Origin: the human T2T-CHM13v2.0 reference genome, Homo sapiens
Strand: one strand, 5' to 3'
Assembly (NCBI RefSeq): GCF_009914755.1
Contig: NC_060934.1
DNA: 64,000 bases
Positions within the stretch are counted from its first letter, which is position 1. The number at the start of each line of letters is the position of its first letter. The notes below the pieces were generated by a model. It did no database searches and was not told the DNA's origin. It worked only from the letters and a program-made list of their open reading frames with translations. A program made the translations under genes and the position numbers. Below are positions 41,330 through 64,000 of the stretch, one piece after another.

Positions 41330-41896
41330 AGTTAGAGAACAGAAGGATCCTGCTGCAGTCTGTCATGGAGATTGCAATCTACCCTGGAGATTGTGGTCCT
41401 CCCTGGGGATTACAGTTCACCCTGAGGGTTACAGCTGATGGTTCAAAGAATCAAAGGGTGTGTCAGGGGGCTGGTTAGGAAGTCCTACCTGAATACTGCA
41501 AGAGCCCTCAGATGAATCTGTTTTAGGACATGAGTAGGGGGCTGAGCACATCAATCTGCCCCCAGCTATGGCTGTAAGAAGTATATAATGAATAGAGCCA
41601 AGGGCAGTGAATACTTTAGTCTGTCAGCAATCATCAAGCGTGAACAGATTTACCTTTTGTTTGAAGCTCAGAAAAGGGAGGAGGAAAAAATGTGAGCACT
41701 GCAAAATCACACTTAGACAAAGGAAAAGGGAAAAATACACAGAAGTTCACAGAAAAGGCCTACAACTGAAAATGATCCAATGCAGGATCCAGGGGAGAAA
41801 AATTAGGAAGCCATTAGATATCCTTAATACGGTCAAGGCAAAAAACTCCAAGTGATCAATTTGTAGAAGTAACAAATACTATAAAGAGAAAACATG

Positions 41897-42284
<388 letters not shown>

Positions 42285-43034
42285 TTACTTGCAAATAAGT
42301 AAAGAAAAATGGAAGCAAGAGAGGAGAAGGGATTTATTGTAAGAATATGAGGTGATTTTCAGGCTTGAGGGGCAGCCACAGAGCAGGGCCAGAGCTGGAA
42401 CGCTGTGGGGAATGGGGGTGGCGCTCTCTCTGATCTTTCTTCGTCCGGCTTTCTCACCAGCAAAGGATATGATGAATACTTTCCATTTCAGTCCCAGTGA
42501 TAGAAGAAACAGTGGCATCTCATTTTAATATGTATTTCTTTGATTATTAGAGAAGTTGAGCATGTTTTCGTGTTTATCAGTATTCCCATTCAGTCTGAGC
42601 AGGGGTGCTATGAAAAATGAGATGAGAGAATAGAAAATAATTTTGAAAAAAATATATGGAGGCTGCTGTGTTACTCTACTTTTGCAAGAAATGAAGAGTG
42701 GTTTATATTGAATACATATTTCAAATAAATTTCGAAGTTCATCAGGTTTCTATTAAAGAAGAGCAATGTTTATATACACAGAGTCAGTTTAGGTGATGAA
42801 ATTGCAACCAAGAAAAGAAGCACTTGATGTCTAGATAGATAAAGATCAGTTATTCCGCCCTAAACCAAACCTCCCCCACTCACCAAAAAAAAAATTAGTT
42901 AAGAAAAGAAAAAAATGGTAAACCTGAAAGGTATTTGATGTCCTAGGTTATCCTTTCTAAACTGTCTTTGATTTTGGGGGACTTTATCTCCTTCAGGGAA
43001 AGAATGTATGGTTCACTTAGCTCTACTTATGGTA

Positions 43035-44674
<1,640 letters not shown>

Positions 44675-44724
44675 ATTTTCCTCAAATTTTAACCCAATAA
44701 AATCAAAACAACTAATAGGAGTTA

Positions 44725-46820
<2,096 letters not shown>

Positions 46821-47576
46821 ATACCCAACTGAACTTCTGTAAGCCCTAAAATCTGCCTTTATTTTCTTTTTCTGGCTCCAGTTTTCTAACACTCCACCCT
46901 AGAGGTATAAACAAAGCAAATCTCATGAGAGACTATTTCCATCTAGTTCCTCACGAACCATTTATTTGGTCTTCATAAGACACTCCAACACATGCGATGC
47001 AAATCTAATGTTGAAAAAGATTTTTTTTAATGCTATTTGCCTGACCAGAGATAACAAACAGGATACCTTATTCTGGTTTCTGATTTCTCTTTTATAGGAA
47101 ATATTTTCATGCCATCCATAGAACAATAAAGGAAGCCAAATGAAACCTCTGCGCCTCGCTCCCTGAATCCAAGCAGCGATGCCGCTACCCCGTGTTAAGG
47201 ATCCGTTTCTGATTTAGAAGGGCCTAGACATAAGCTCATGAAGCCGAGCATCCAAAAGCAAAACTCAACATCAAACATGTCTCGAACTATGACGTGTACT
47301 TTCCAATTTACCCTCGGAGTGGGAATACTTCTGTCATCTGTATAGCATTTAAAGGAAAAATGCCCATTAAGGAGGAGAAGGTAAGAGTAAGCAAATCGTT
47401 TTTGCACATCTGAAAACCCTCCTGTTTCAAAAACTTGAAACAGTTGGAAATTCAGCTGGCCAGAAAGATCTGAACTTAGACTCACTTCAAAGCAACCCAG
47501 CGAACACTGGCATTGTTTGTTTCCTAGGGGCTCCCCTTGCTCCTTCTGTCCGTCCTCTGTCAGAATAAGAACTTCA

Positions 47577-48542
<966 letters not shown>

Positions 48543-48548
48543 TTATTT

Positions 48549-49562
<1,014 letters not shown>

Positions 49563-49569
49563 ATTGCCT

Positions 49570-50013
<444 letters not shown>

Positions 50014-51301
50014 TAGAGGAGCACATGAGATGTCACTGCAAAGAAGCAGATTTTGTGATTAGTTTATGAAAACTCTCTCATTATCTCCTAATAGCACTTT
50101 TGCTACTTGTGGGTTACATGTGATTAAAGGTTTGCTCTGAGTCTTTGTGTAATTAGCTCTGTGTGCATGTGTGCGCATGTAAGTGTTTGGAAAAGCATGT
50201 GTGTGCAAGATATGGGTGAGTAAAGGATCCCAAATGGGATCCTAATCTCAAAAACGTTGGCTCAGAAGTGAGACAGATTGACACAATCTATAAAATGAAT
50301 AAGAAACAGAAAGGAAATTGAGTCAGAAGAGGAAAAGGGCCAACATTATTGAAAAGGCACAAATGCCACAAATTGAAAATAGATGTGCACCACCAGTTGT
50401 AACTGTTTGCCATGCTGCTGCAACGTTTAAAAATTACCAGCTCTATAACACAATTCAATACTGTGTTTAATAACCTGAGTGGGTTTAGACATTCGCCATT
50501 CACATGTGAAAGAAGTTTAGGTCAGGCTGAAGAAAAAACTTACTGAAGAATATAAAGGGTTTTTAGTTTATAGGCATAATTTATAATATTTTAATTAACC
50601 TAAATTTTTATAAAATAGTGCCTACATTTCAGAGAGAAGCAAAATATCAGGGAAATGATCCCCAATTTATCATTTCTCATTAATAGGAAGAAGTTAATTC
50701 TACTTTCTGAAAACCTTTCATTTTGATTGACTTTGCCCATGTAAAAATGGAGAAATGTAATGTGATATTTTAAATCTCATAGACAGGTTTAGCATGAAAT
50801 GTTACAAGAAAATGGAAGAGGCATGTAGATCGTAGCTGATTTCCCCCTGGAATGTGTTTTCTTGAAGGTTTAGGTACTTTTGCAAATCTCCTGAGCTTGT
50901 ATAATGGTTTACTCTTTTTCAAAGGGCTTTTACATTCCTGATCCTTGTTGATCCCCATTAACAGCTTTGCCCGATGCATGAGTATTAAGCATAAGGAGAG
51001 TGAGCCACAGAGATGTTGTGTAGTTTATTCAAGATGTCACAGCCAGTGACAGCCCCACAACAAGTAATTTCTATTCTCCTTCCAGTAGTCACTAATGCCT
51101 CCCTAGAATAAGACAAAGGTTATCCGCACATCCCCGTCCAAGAACTGTGGAGCTATAGAGCCTCCCATCATATTGTATTGTAGTGAGATTACTCAAGGGG
51201 CATTTCTTGTCAGAGGGTACCACGCGGCCACCCAGGTTGTGCGTGTTCATTCTGATCAGTTGGTGCCTGGGCCATGATAAATATTTGAATATCACCTGTG
51301 A

Positions 51302-51992
<691 letters not shown>

Positions 51993-52154
51993 GAAGAAGA
52001 ATGCAGTCATCACTGCTACCGTTGAGCACTTATTATGCATAAGGTGGCTCACTGATCATGCTATGTGGATAATCTTATTTAATTCTCACAGCTACTCTAG
52101 ACAGTCAATACTCCTAGCTTCAACTTTACTGATAAGAAAACCTAGACCCAGAGA

Positions 52155-52592
52155 GGCTGGGTACAGTGGCTCGTGCCTGTAATCCCAGCACTTTGGGAAG
52201 CCAAAGTGCCTGAACAACATTGCAAGACCCTATCTCTACAAAACATAAAAAATTAGCCAGGCATGGTGGTGTGTACCTGCAGTCTCAGCTACTGGAGGCC
52301 TGAGGTGGGAGGACCACTTGAGCCCAGGAGGTTGAGGCTGCAGTGAGCCATCATCTCACCACTGCACTCTGGCCTGGGCAACAGAATGAGACTCTGTCTC
52401 AGGAAAGAAAGAACAAAAGAAAGAATGAAAGAAAGAAGGAAGGAAGGAGGGAAGGAAGGAAGGAAGGAAGGAAGGAGAGAGAAAGGGAGAAAGAAAGGAG
52501 AGAAAGGAAAGGAGGGAAGGAAGGAAGGAAGGAAGGAAGGAAGGAAGGAAGGAAGGAAGTAAAGAAGGAAGTAAAGAAGGAAGGAAGGAAAG
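52155..52592 (+). mobile_element. AluJ with internal deletion and long (GGAA)n tail, inserted in a MIR
   Basis: TSD CTAG(A/G)CCCAGAGA; purine tract 52401-52592. Confidence 0.88.
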
Positions 52593-52905
52593 AAACTAGG
52601 CCCAGAGAAACGAAATAACTTGTCCGAGGATATGCAGATAATAGAGTGAGAAGCCAGGGATTGAGCTTGGCAGTCAGACTCCAGGACTTGTGCTTCTGAT
52701 CATTGTGATCACCTGCCATTCGTCAGCAGGGTTTTACTAAGCCTGTTCTGGTCCCATCTATGTATGAAATGTGAAATTAAAGAGGAAATATAGCTGAAGC
52801 CCAGCCTTTCCTTTGTTAATCAGCATACAAAAAGTACTCTGAACCCAACGGATGAAACTCAGGGGCTTCAGATGCCCACCAATCCAACCTGTTCCTGCCA
52901 TTTAA

Positions 52906-53073
<168 letters not shown>

Positions 53074-53916
53074 TGAAACTTTCGCTATCACAGCAGTTCA
53101 TTTTACTTAAGACATGTGCACATTATGTTACAGACAGAATTTAAAAATCTAAATGCTATGTTAAATTTACTAGATAATTATACTCTTCCTATGTACCACA
53201 AAAATTACAAATAAAAAAAGTTTTCAATAAAAGAATAAAAATAATAAAAAATAAATTTACTAGATGATTAATCCTTTAAAAATTCTATTGTGAATCATTT
53301 GTCAAATGAAGAATTATTCCTTTAAAATTGCTTTTCTAAAACTCAGATTTTCATCATAAAGTGCTTAATTAGAAAGACTCCCGTAATTCTTCAGGTCATT
53401 TACAAGCTTTGTGCTTTTGCTTTGTGGTCCTAAAAACTGCTCCAGAGGGGTTACAACAATCCCTTCTTCCTTCTTAAATAAGTTCTTCATTTGCCTAATT
53501 CCACAGAGGGGAGGGTTCTGGTCTATCTGATGGTTTTCATGAACACATCAACACTTATTTTACTTTGGTGACATATTTTGTGGTGATAGTTCATTAATAG
53601 ATTAAGGAAACATTGCAACCTACCACATTCCGGTAAATGATCAGGACAAGATTAATGGTTACATTTAATGAAAGCCATCTGTTTATTAAAGCAGCTTACT
53701 CACTTTCTTTATTTCATTTTGGATTCCAATACATTGTGACTGCCTTGAAGCATACGTGCCTCAGGCTGAGAAAGTGTAATTCTTTATGCATAGTATTCAC
53801 CACTTTCAGAACACTAACCAATACCCACGTGGTCTATAGTTGGAAAAGGAAAAACATAGCCAACTGACAAGCTGTTTTGTTGACTTGATGTCTACCAATA
53901 AGTCTGGGTTTTGGGG

Positions 53917-54812
53917 TTTTTTTTTTTTTTTTTTTTTTGAGACAGAGTCTTGCTCTGTCGCCTCAGTGGCACAATCTTGGCTCACCGCAACCTCCGCCTC
54001 CTGGGTTCAAGTGATTTTCCTGCCTCAGCCTCCCCAGTAGCTGGGGTTACAGGCACGTGCCACCACGCCTGGCTAATTTTTGTATTTTTAGTAGGGAAAG
54101 GGTTTCACCATGTTGGCCAGGCTGGTCTCGAACTCCTGGCCTCAACCCATCCTCAAGCCTCGGCCTCCCAAAGTGCTGGGATTACAGGCATGAGCCACCG
54201 CGCCTAGCCGGTTTTTCTTTTTTTTTTTTTTTAATGTCCTCCTGGCTTAAATGAATTAACAAGTGTTTGCTTGGTGTGTAGGTTCCACTGCAGAATGATA
54301 GAACCCAGACAACTATTTTACCCTCTTCCCCAAGGCAGGACCAGTCTACTACTGCAAGACTTATGTAATTGTCTGAAATGAAGTAGACACAGTTACTTTC
54401 TTCGTGACTTTTAACCTAATAAGTGGAGTAAAATATGTGCTGGAAGAGGGGAAACAGCATGCATTCCATCTTTTGAAGGCACTCCTCAAAGTGGGTATAT
54501 GTATGTTAAAAATCTAGAAGGACAGACTGGGCATGGTGGCTCACACCTGTAATCCTAGCACTTTGGGAGGTGAGGCAAGAGGATCACTTGAATCCAGGAG
54601 TTTGAAACCAGCCCGGGCAACAAAATGAGATCCTGCCTCCACTTAAAAAAAAATAGCTGAGTGTGGTGGTGCACATCTGTAATCCCAGCTACTCAGGAGG
54701 CTGAGGTGAGAGGATCACTTGAACCCTGAATTTGAGGCTGCAGTGAGCCATGATCACGCCACTGCACTCCAACCTGGGCAACAGAGCAAGACCCTGACTC
54801 AAAAAAAAAAAA
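53917..54812. mobile_element. AluS 53917-54209 minus and AluJ 54525-54812 plus
   Basis: Second has TSD AAAAATCTAGAAGGACA. Confidence 0.88.
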
Positions 54813-55786
54813 TCTAGAAGGACATATTTTAATATATTAACAATAACCATCTCTGGAGGTGAGATTGAGTGATTTTTATTTTCTTTTTAAAATGTTTTAT
54901 TATCTATATTTTCAAAATGTTCTTTCTAATCTATTATTACCATCTCAATAATAAAAGAATAAAACAACCTTTTTGTTTTACTACTAGCTGCATTTATGTC
55001 ACTCCCTGATTAATATTTTAGTGGCAAATTTACAAGTATAATAGTAAATAAGATTAAAATTCATATAATTTGTATGTGATGATTTATACCTTTATTTCTA
55101 TTCCAAAACAAGGGTATGTCAAGGTTTATCTAATAAAGCCATTTTCTACTCAGTTATACTAGTAATGAAATCTCATTCATCTCCATCATCGAGTGACAAG
55201 ACCACAAAAAATTCTGGTTTTAAAATAGAGCCTTCTTACACAGCAAACGATTTATCTGGAGGTCATCTCTTATCTAGCAATCTTAGCTAGTCAGAATATA
55301 GCCAAGTAACCTGACTTAATCCACAAAGGCCTCTGAATAGTGCAAAAAGAAAAAAGAAGATAAAATATCTTGCACAGAAGAGAATCACTTGAGCCTTACC
55401 GTCAGTCCATTTTTCTTCACTTTACATAGAAGGAAAGAAATTTCAGTGTACAGAGCAAAACTAAGAATATTTGAGGAATTCATTATTATCTGGGAAGGTA
55501 TGTTTGGGTAATGTCTCAGTTCCTCCAGTTCCTAAGGGCCGTTTGAGATCTATCAGCCATCTTCAGAGTAAGAATCCCTCACCTCCAAGGGACAAGAGCC
55601 ATCATTGTCATTGCGGGCATGTTCTGGTGGGGAAGTCAACCGTAGTGTCTGAAAAACAGAAAGGTTGGACGGCAGCACATGGCAGTCAGACCACCCTCCG
55701 ATACAAAGAGCCCAGGCTCTAGGGACCACCAAGCATAACAGAAGAACAAGGAAAACAAAACCTTTATCATGTATTCTGCATGAAAC

Positions 55787-56564
55787 TGAAATGGAGAGTT
55801 CCCTGACCCTCCTCGCAGGACGTGCAACAGGGATGTGGCTCGTCTGTTCAGTTGCCGTCACTGGTCAAACTCCTTACGGGAGAAGGAGCATGCAGATGGA
55901 CAGGTGCAGGAGCTGGGGCACTGGGCTTCAGCCCCACAGCAGCATCCAGACGTGGGAACCTGCAACTCCTGGAGCCCAAGTGGGTGTGTGTCACATTATG
56001 CTCTTTTAGCCTTGCCATTGCAAACGGCTTAAGTGTTAACCAGCTCAGTGGACCCTCTGCCTTCTTGCAAGGGCAGGGGACCAGTGTGACAGCTTTCTGT
56101 ATCCCAAACTCTTGTCCAGCATTGCAGAAGAATCAGGTCACACATGGACTTGAAGCACAGTGAATCTGGGGGTTTTACTGGGTGGTGGAGGTGGCTCTCA
56201 GCAAGATGGATGGGGAGCTGGAAAGGGGATAGAGTTGGAAGATGATCTTCCTGTGTAGTTTGGCCATCCAGCAGCCAATTCTCTGACCCTCCACAGCTGA
56301 ACTTCTCCCAACGTTCCTTCTCTTCTCTCCCTCTCTGCTGCTCTTCTTCTCTTCTGTTTGTCTGCTCATCTCCTCCTGGAACCAGGGGTTTGGGGTTTAT
56401 ATGGGTAAAGGATAGTGGGGCGTTGGGCCAAAAGGCAACTTTTTGGGCACAAAAACAGGAATGCCTGTTCTCATTTATGGTGGCGAGTATCCAGGCTTAA
56501 GGGTGGGTCCTTTACTGGGGAACCGCCCTCTTCTACCCAGTATTTCTGTCTCCTGTCCATGTCA
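55787..56564 (-). mobile_element. MER52/LTR28-group solo LTR
   Basis: Homologous to 39158-39904; TG...CA; TSD AAAC/AAAT. Confidence 0.85.
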
Positions 56565-56649
56565 AAATGAAGATAACTCTAGGAAGCATTTTGGGTTGTA
56601 ACACAATCACCATGAAGGCTGACAGGAAAGAAGTATCTTTCTAACTTCC

Positions 56650-57166
56650 TGTTCCAGTTATCCTTTGCTCCATAACAAATCATCCCAAAACTTAGTGACT
56701 TCGAACAACAAACCATTTATTTGTTCACAATTCCGCAATTTGGGCTGGGATCTCCTGGGCAGTTTCTCTCCATGTAGCTGCAGTCAGTGGATGGGAGAGC
56801 TGGAGGGTGGCTGGGCCAGAGCATCCTCACTCCCATGTCCAGGACTTCAGCTGAGGTAGCTGAAATGAGGTAGCTGTGCCTCTTTCCACGTGGCCTTTCA
56901 TCCTCAAAGAGGCAAGCCCAGGCTTGTTCACGAGGCAGTAGTGTCTCAAGAGAGTAGAAGCAAAGCTACAAGACCTTATAAGGTATAACCTCAGAGGTCA
57001 CACACTGTCACTTCCACTGTATTACATTAGTCACAGCAAATCACAAAGCAGCCTCAATACAAGAGGTGTCGTAGTAGCCTCTGCTTTTGATGGGAGGAGC
57101 AGGGAAGTTACATGGGAAGGGAGCATGGACACAGACAGATGACTCCTTGGGGTCATCACTGTAACA
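56650..57166 (-). mobile_element. MLT1 (G/H-like) MaLR LTR
   Basis: TAACAAATCATCCCAAAACTTAGTGACTT..CTGTCACTTCCACTGTATT..TTGATGGGAGGAGC. Confidence 0.7.
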
Positions 57167-57186
57167 ATTGCAAAAAGAAAAAGCTA

Positions 57187-58283
<1,097 letters not shown>

Positions 58284-59099
58284 GCAATTGTATTTATAAT
58301 AATAACCGAGACCCCTAGACATTTTAAATTATTTTCAACTATTTAAGGAATAAACACAGAAGTCCATACACAATAAAACCTCACAATAATGAAAAATTCT
58401 GAATTTGAATATAACTTAATTGGTAATTGGCTCCAAGGAATGAAGGAGGGGGATGAAGTGCCTGCCTTGGGATCATTTGGGACATTCTCATGTAGTGTAC
58501 GGTCAGTTGTGTATAGTATAATTTTCTTATACTGGCATTTCAAGAGGTTAGCTGACCATAAAATTCACTTTCGTTAATCCCCAAATGATGCCAAACACAC
58601 CAAGTGTTACTTTATTATTTTCTGCCAAACTGGCACTCATTTCAAAAGAACTGAAATTGACTTTTCTTTCCATTGTACATCTCTGCAAAGTACTTTTTAC
58701 TTACATATATGTTCTTATTTGATCAATAGAACAGTCTTAAAGGGATAGACATGTTTATCGCGCTTTTAAAGATGAGAATATAAATATTCAAGAAAGGCAA
58801 AGTATCTTGGCCATGGACACACAGCTGGTTGAAACTCACATATGTAGTCGAGCTATTATCTCTGTCAGGGGCATGTCACCAAAGGCCAGATAATGAGGGC
58901 CCACATATGCAGTTTGGGACTTTCAAAAGAGGTCCTGTCTGCAAGAGGAATTGACAGAAATCCACAGTGCCCAGCCCACTCTGTCTTTGATTTTCTACTT
59001 CCATGGCTTTGATTGAATTAACCCATGAAATCTGGTTATAATCCTTTCCCTCCATAGAATGATATCAGGCTCTAGGATCCCAACACAACTCTCTCTCTC

Positions 59100-59203
59100 T
59101 TTTTTTTTTTTTTTTTTTTTTTGAGACGTGGTCTCTCTCTGTTGCCCAGGCTGGACCCAAACTCCTGTGCAATCCTCCCTCGAAACTAGGACTACAGAGG
59201 CAT
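59100..59203 (-). mobile_element. Degraded Alu monomer next to the SVA
   Basis: T-tract then GAGAC..CTGTTGCCCAGGCTGG. Confidence 0.7.
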
Positions 59204-59221
59204 AGAATTCAGCCTCTTAGG

Positions 59222-60376
59222 AGCCCCTCTGCCCGGCCAGCCGCCCCGTCCGGGAGGGAGGTGGGGGGGTCAGCCCTCCGCCCGGCCAGCCGCCCCGTCT
59301 GGGAGGTGAGGGGCGCCTCTGCCCGGCTGCCCCTACTGGGAAGTGAGGAGCCCCTCTGCCCGGCCAGCCGCCCCGTCCGGGAGGGAGGTGGGGGTGTCAG
59401 CCCCCCGCCCGGCCAGCCGCCCCGTCCGGGAGGGAGGTGGGGGGGGTCAGCCCCCCTGCCCGGCCAGCCGCCCCGTCCGGGAGGGAGGTGGGGGGGGTCA
59501 GCCCCCCGCCCGGCCAGCCGCCCCGTCCGGGAGGGAGGTGGGGGGGGGGTCAGCCCCCCCGCCCGGCCAGCCGCCCCGTCGGGGAGGTGAGGGGCGCCTC
59601 TGCCCGGCCGCCCCTACTGGGAAGTGAGGAGCCCCTCTGCCCGGCCAGCCGCCCCGTCCGGGAGGGAGGTGGGGGTGTCAGCCCCCCGCCCGGCCAGCCG
59701 CTCCGTCCGGGAGGGAGGTGGGGGGGGTCAGCCCCCCTGCCCGGCCAGCCGCCCCGTCCGGGAGGTGAGGGGCGCCTCTGCCCGGCCGCCCCTACTGGGA
59801 AGTGAGGAGCCCCTCTGCCCGGCCACCACCCCGTCTGGGAGGTGTGCCCAACAGCTCATTGAGAACGGGCCAGGATGACAATGTCGGCTTTGTGGAATAG
59901 AAAGGCGGGAAAGGTGGGGAAAAGATTGAGAAATCGGATGGTTGCCGTGTCTGTGTAGAAAGAAGTAGACATGGGAGACTTTTCATTTTGTTCTGCACTA
60001 AGAAAAATTCCTCTGCCTTGGGATCCTGTTGATCTGTGACCTTACCCCCAACCCTGTGCTCTCTGAAACATGTGCTGTGTCCACTCAGGGTTAAATGGAT
60101 TAAGGGCGGTGCAAGATGTGCTTTGTTAAACAGATGCTTGAAGGCAGCATGCTCGTTAAGAGTCATCACCACTCCCTAATCTCAAGTAATCAGGGACACA
60201 AACACTGCGGAAGGCCGCAGGGTCCTCTGCCTAGGAAAACCAGAGACCTTTGTTCACTTGTTTATCTGCTGACCTTCCCTCCACTATTGTCCCATGACCC
60301 TGCCAAATCCCCCTCTGTGAGAAACACCCAAGAATTATCAATAAAAAAATAAATTTAAAAAAAAAAAAAAAAAAAA
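59222..60376 (+). mobile_element. SVA retrotransposon, 5'-truncated inside the VNTR, SVA_E/F-like
   Basis: GC-rich VNTR (CCCGGCCAGCCGCCCCGTCCGGGAGGGAGGTGGGG units) to about 59850, then SINE-R, AATAAA at 60340 and poly(A). Perfect TSD AGAATTCAGCCTCTTAGG at 59204-59221 and 60377-60394. Confidence 0.97.
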
Positions 60377-60559
60377 AGAATTCAGCCTCTTAGGCTTCTG
60401 GGTATCCAACCTCACATTACGCCTGTTCTGGAACTTAAAGTTATGTCCAATCTCAGTAAGGGCAACTTATAGAAACTTTACCCTGTTGTGAAGCCTGAGA
60501 TATTATATTTGTATTATTGTATACACATATCCATAATCTATTAAAAGTATTTTTACTAC

Positions 60560-61010
<451 letters not shown>

Positions 61011-61026
61011 GTGGATTACATGATCC

Positions 61027-61817
61027 ACAGGTCATAGGTGGATTCAAAGATTTCCTGATTGGCAATTAGTTGAAAGGGTTAAGGTCTGCCTCAAGAGTTA
61101 AAGTCAGCAGAAAGAAATTCTGGTAGTCAAGATAAGGGGACATTATGTACATGAAGCCTCCAGGTAGCAGGCTTCAGAGAATAGATGGTAAATGTCTCTT
61201 ATCCAACCCTAACAGGAGCCAGACTCTTAGTTAAATATCTCCTGGATCAGCAAAGGACTTGGAAAGGGAAAGGGATTCTCTACAGAATGTTTGTTTTCCC
61301 ACAAGAGACAGCTTTGCAGGGCCATTTCAAAATATGTCAAATAAATACATTTTGGGCTAAAATACTTTGCTTTCTTTCAGGTCCTGGTACCTGTTATGTG
61401 ATGCTACACTAAAGTCAGGTTGGAATTTGGTATCTTGTTGCTACAAAGTGTCTGTTTTGTCAGTCTCAGGGTCTGCATTTTATTGTTAATGCTGGTCAGT
61501 TGTGCCTGAATTCCAAAAGGGAGGAGGGTATAATGAGTCATGTCCAACTCCACCTTTCTATCATGGCCTGAACTAGTTTTTCGGGTTAACTTTGGAATGC
61601 CCCTGGCTAAGAGAAGGGGTTCATTCAGATGGTTGGGAGGCTTAGAATTTTATTTTTGGTTTACAGAGGCCACCCAGCAAGGCCTGCCTGTTTAGATTCT
61701 TCTTGGCCTCTCTGTGTAGCATTTCTTCCTCCCAGGTATAGGGCAAGACCTTTCTGGAATGCAGATTTTATGACCTACTATTGGACAAGATAGGTAGAAT
61801 TTTCCTTTTGGTTTACA
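61027..61817 (-). mobile_element. MER4-group LTR (3' part lost) preceded by a MER39-like segment and a second MER4 terminus
   Basis: 61027-61665 is colinear with the MER4 at 33442-35588; 61666-61794 is homologous to 15680-15805; TTTTGGTTTACA ends at 61665 and 61817. Confidence 0.8.
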
Positions 61818-62234
61818 GTTTAATCCACCAATGAGGACCCCATGGATAAGGAGGGCCAACTGTATATTGTAATTTCACATTGCAGAAACCCAATGGACAG
61901 ACCAAATGTGGGGATCAGGAATCTAGAACCAGGCACCATCAGAGGCCCTAGAAGGCAGAGGGCGTAGGCCAGGCAGCAGGAATCCCAAGCCTGACCACAG
62001 TTTAGGGGCTCAGTGTGGAATTCCAGGCTCTGGGAAGGGACTAGAGAGGGCAAGTGAGAGTCCTAGTCCCTAAAGACCTAGAATCTAAGCAGGTCATGAA
62101 GGTAGAAACTTGGACATGAGATGCACAGAATCCATGTCCCAGAGTTAGAAGAAAAAACAAGACCAAGTCACCAAAACACCACTGGATTTCGTTGCCAGAA
62201 CAGAGACACAGGGACTGAGGTGACTGGTACTTAG

Positions 62235-63149
<915 letters not shown>

Positions 63150-63466
63150 TTAGTCCCAGTTTGTTTTGCCAGAATTCCCTAAATTCACTGGCTAAGATCA
63201 GAGTTAAAGGGTCTTCCTACAATCTGCAGGGGAAGAGGACTTAATTGCCCCATTTTCAGGAATAGGAAGGATTTGGTACGTGGGAAACCAGGAACACTGG
63301 TAGACCAGTGTGAACAAAGGTTCAGTGCTTTTTCATGTTTATATTTAAGTGTATTAAAATTATGATATCCTGCATAAGTGCATTCAAAAGACACAATCCC
63401 CAGGATATTCCTCCTGGAAATGTCTACTCCTAGTTCATAGTATTAGGTGTCAAGACCCTGAGATTA

Positions 63467-63775
63467 GGCTGGGAGTGGTGGCTCACGCCTGTAATCCCAG
63501 CACTTCAGAAGGCCAAGACAGGTGGATCACTTGAGGTCAGAAGTTCGAGACCAGCCTGACCAACATGGTGAAACCCCGTCTCTACTAAAAATACAAAAAT
63601 TATGGGGGCCTGGTGGCACACACGCCTGTAATCCCAGCTACATGGGTGGCTGAGGCATGAGAATCCTTGAACCCAGGGGACAGAGGTTGCAGTGAGCCGA
63701 CATTGTGCCACTGCACTCCAGCCTGAGCAACAGAGCAAGACTCCATCTCAAAAAAAAAAAAACCAAAAACAAAAA
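63467..63775 (+). mobile_element. AluS followed by a MIR fragment
   Basis: Full dimer; TGTGACCTTGAGCAAGTTACTT MIR motif near 63827. Confidence 0.88.
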
Positions 63776-64000
63776 AACCTTGGGATTAGAAGTCAGACAG
63801 ACCAGGGCTTCTTCACATTCCAGCTTTGTGACCTTGAGCAAGTTACTTGACCCCATTGAGCCTCAGATTTTTCTTTCTATGAAATAGGGATGATAATATA
63901 ATGAGTATCTGTCATTTTGGTCTGTACAGTATCTGTTTCTTTGGTGATTAACACTTTCCTTAAATTACGTGTCAGCTGATAGTAATAACTCAGTAAATGA

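Noticed and set aside
59261-60352. Pro/Gly/Arg-rich repeat ORFs, and a possible CRISPR-like array
   Set aside because: SVA VNTR and SINE-R; tandem units without unique spacers.

Overview
Human (primate) non-coding DNA with no intact protein-coding gene, rRNA, tRNA or CRISPR array. About 75 Alu/Alu-monomer pieces cover roughly a third of the window, alongside about two dozen ERV1-class solo LTRs or fragments, many nested with readable 4-bp target-site duplications (TSDs). It also holds MaLR/ERVL LTRs, three DNA transposons, old L1/L2/MIR debris, a HERV-L pol fragment, a degenerate U6 copy and a young 5'-truncated SVA with a perfect TSD. The only gene-derived feature is a processed pseudogene of MRM3 (RNMTL1, mitochondrial rRNA methyltransferase) inside an LTR8. 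It is unusual: colinear coding sequence stops at a splice-donor-like site and runs on into intron-like sequence ending in AATAAA and poly(A), so it looks like a fossil of an intronically polyadenylated isoform. From memory an MRM3 pseudogene lies at 10p12.31, but that placement is unverified. Nearly all ORF-track entries are repeat artefacts. I found no convincing new biological system. The best leads are the MRM3 retrocopy, a MER39/MER4 junction repeated at two distant sites, the deep LTR nest at 36-40.6 kb and the SVA. Repeat subfamily names come from recalled consensus sequences and need RepeatMasker/Dfam confirmation; unanchored ends are approximate.
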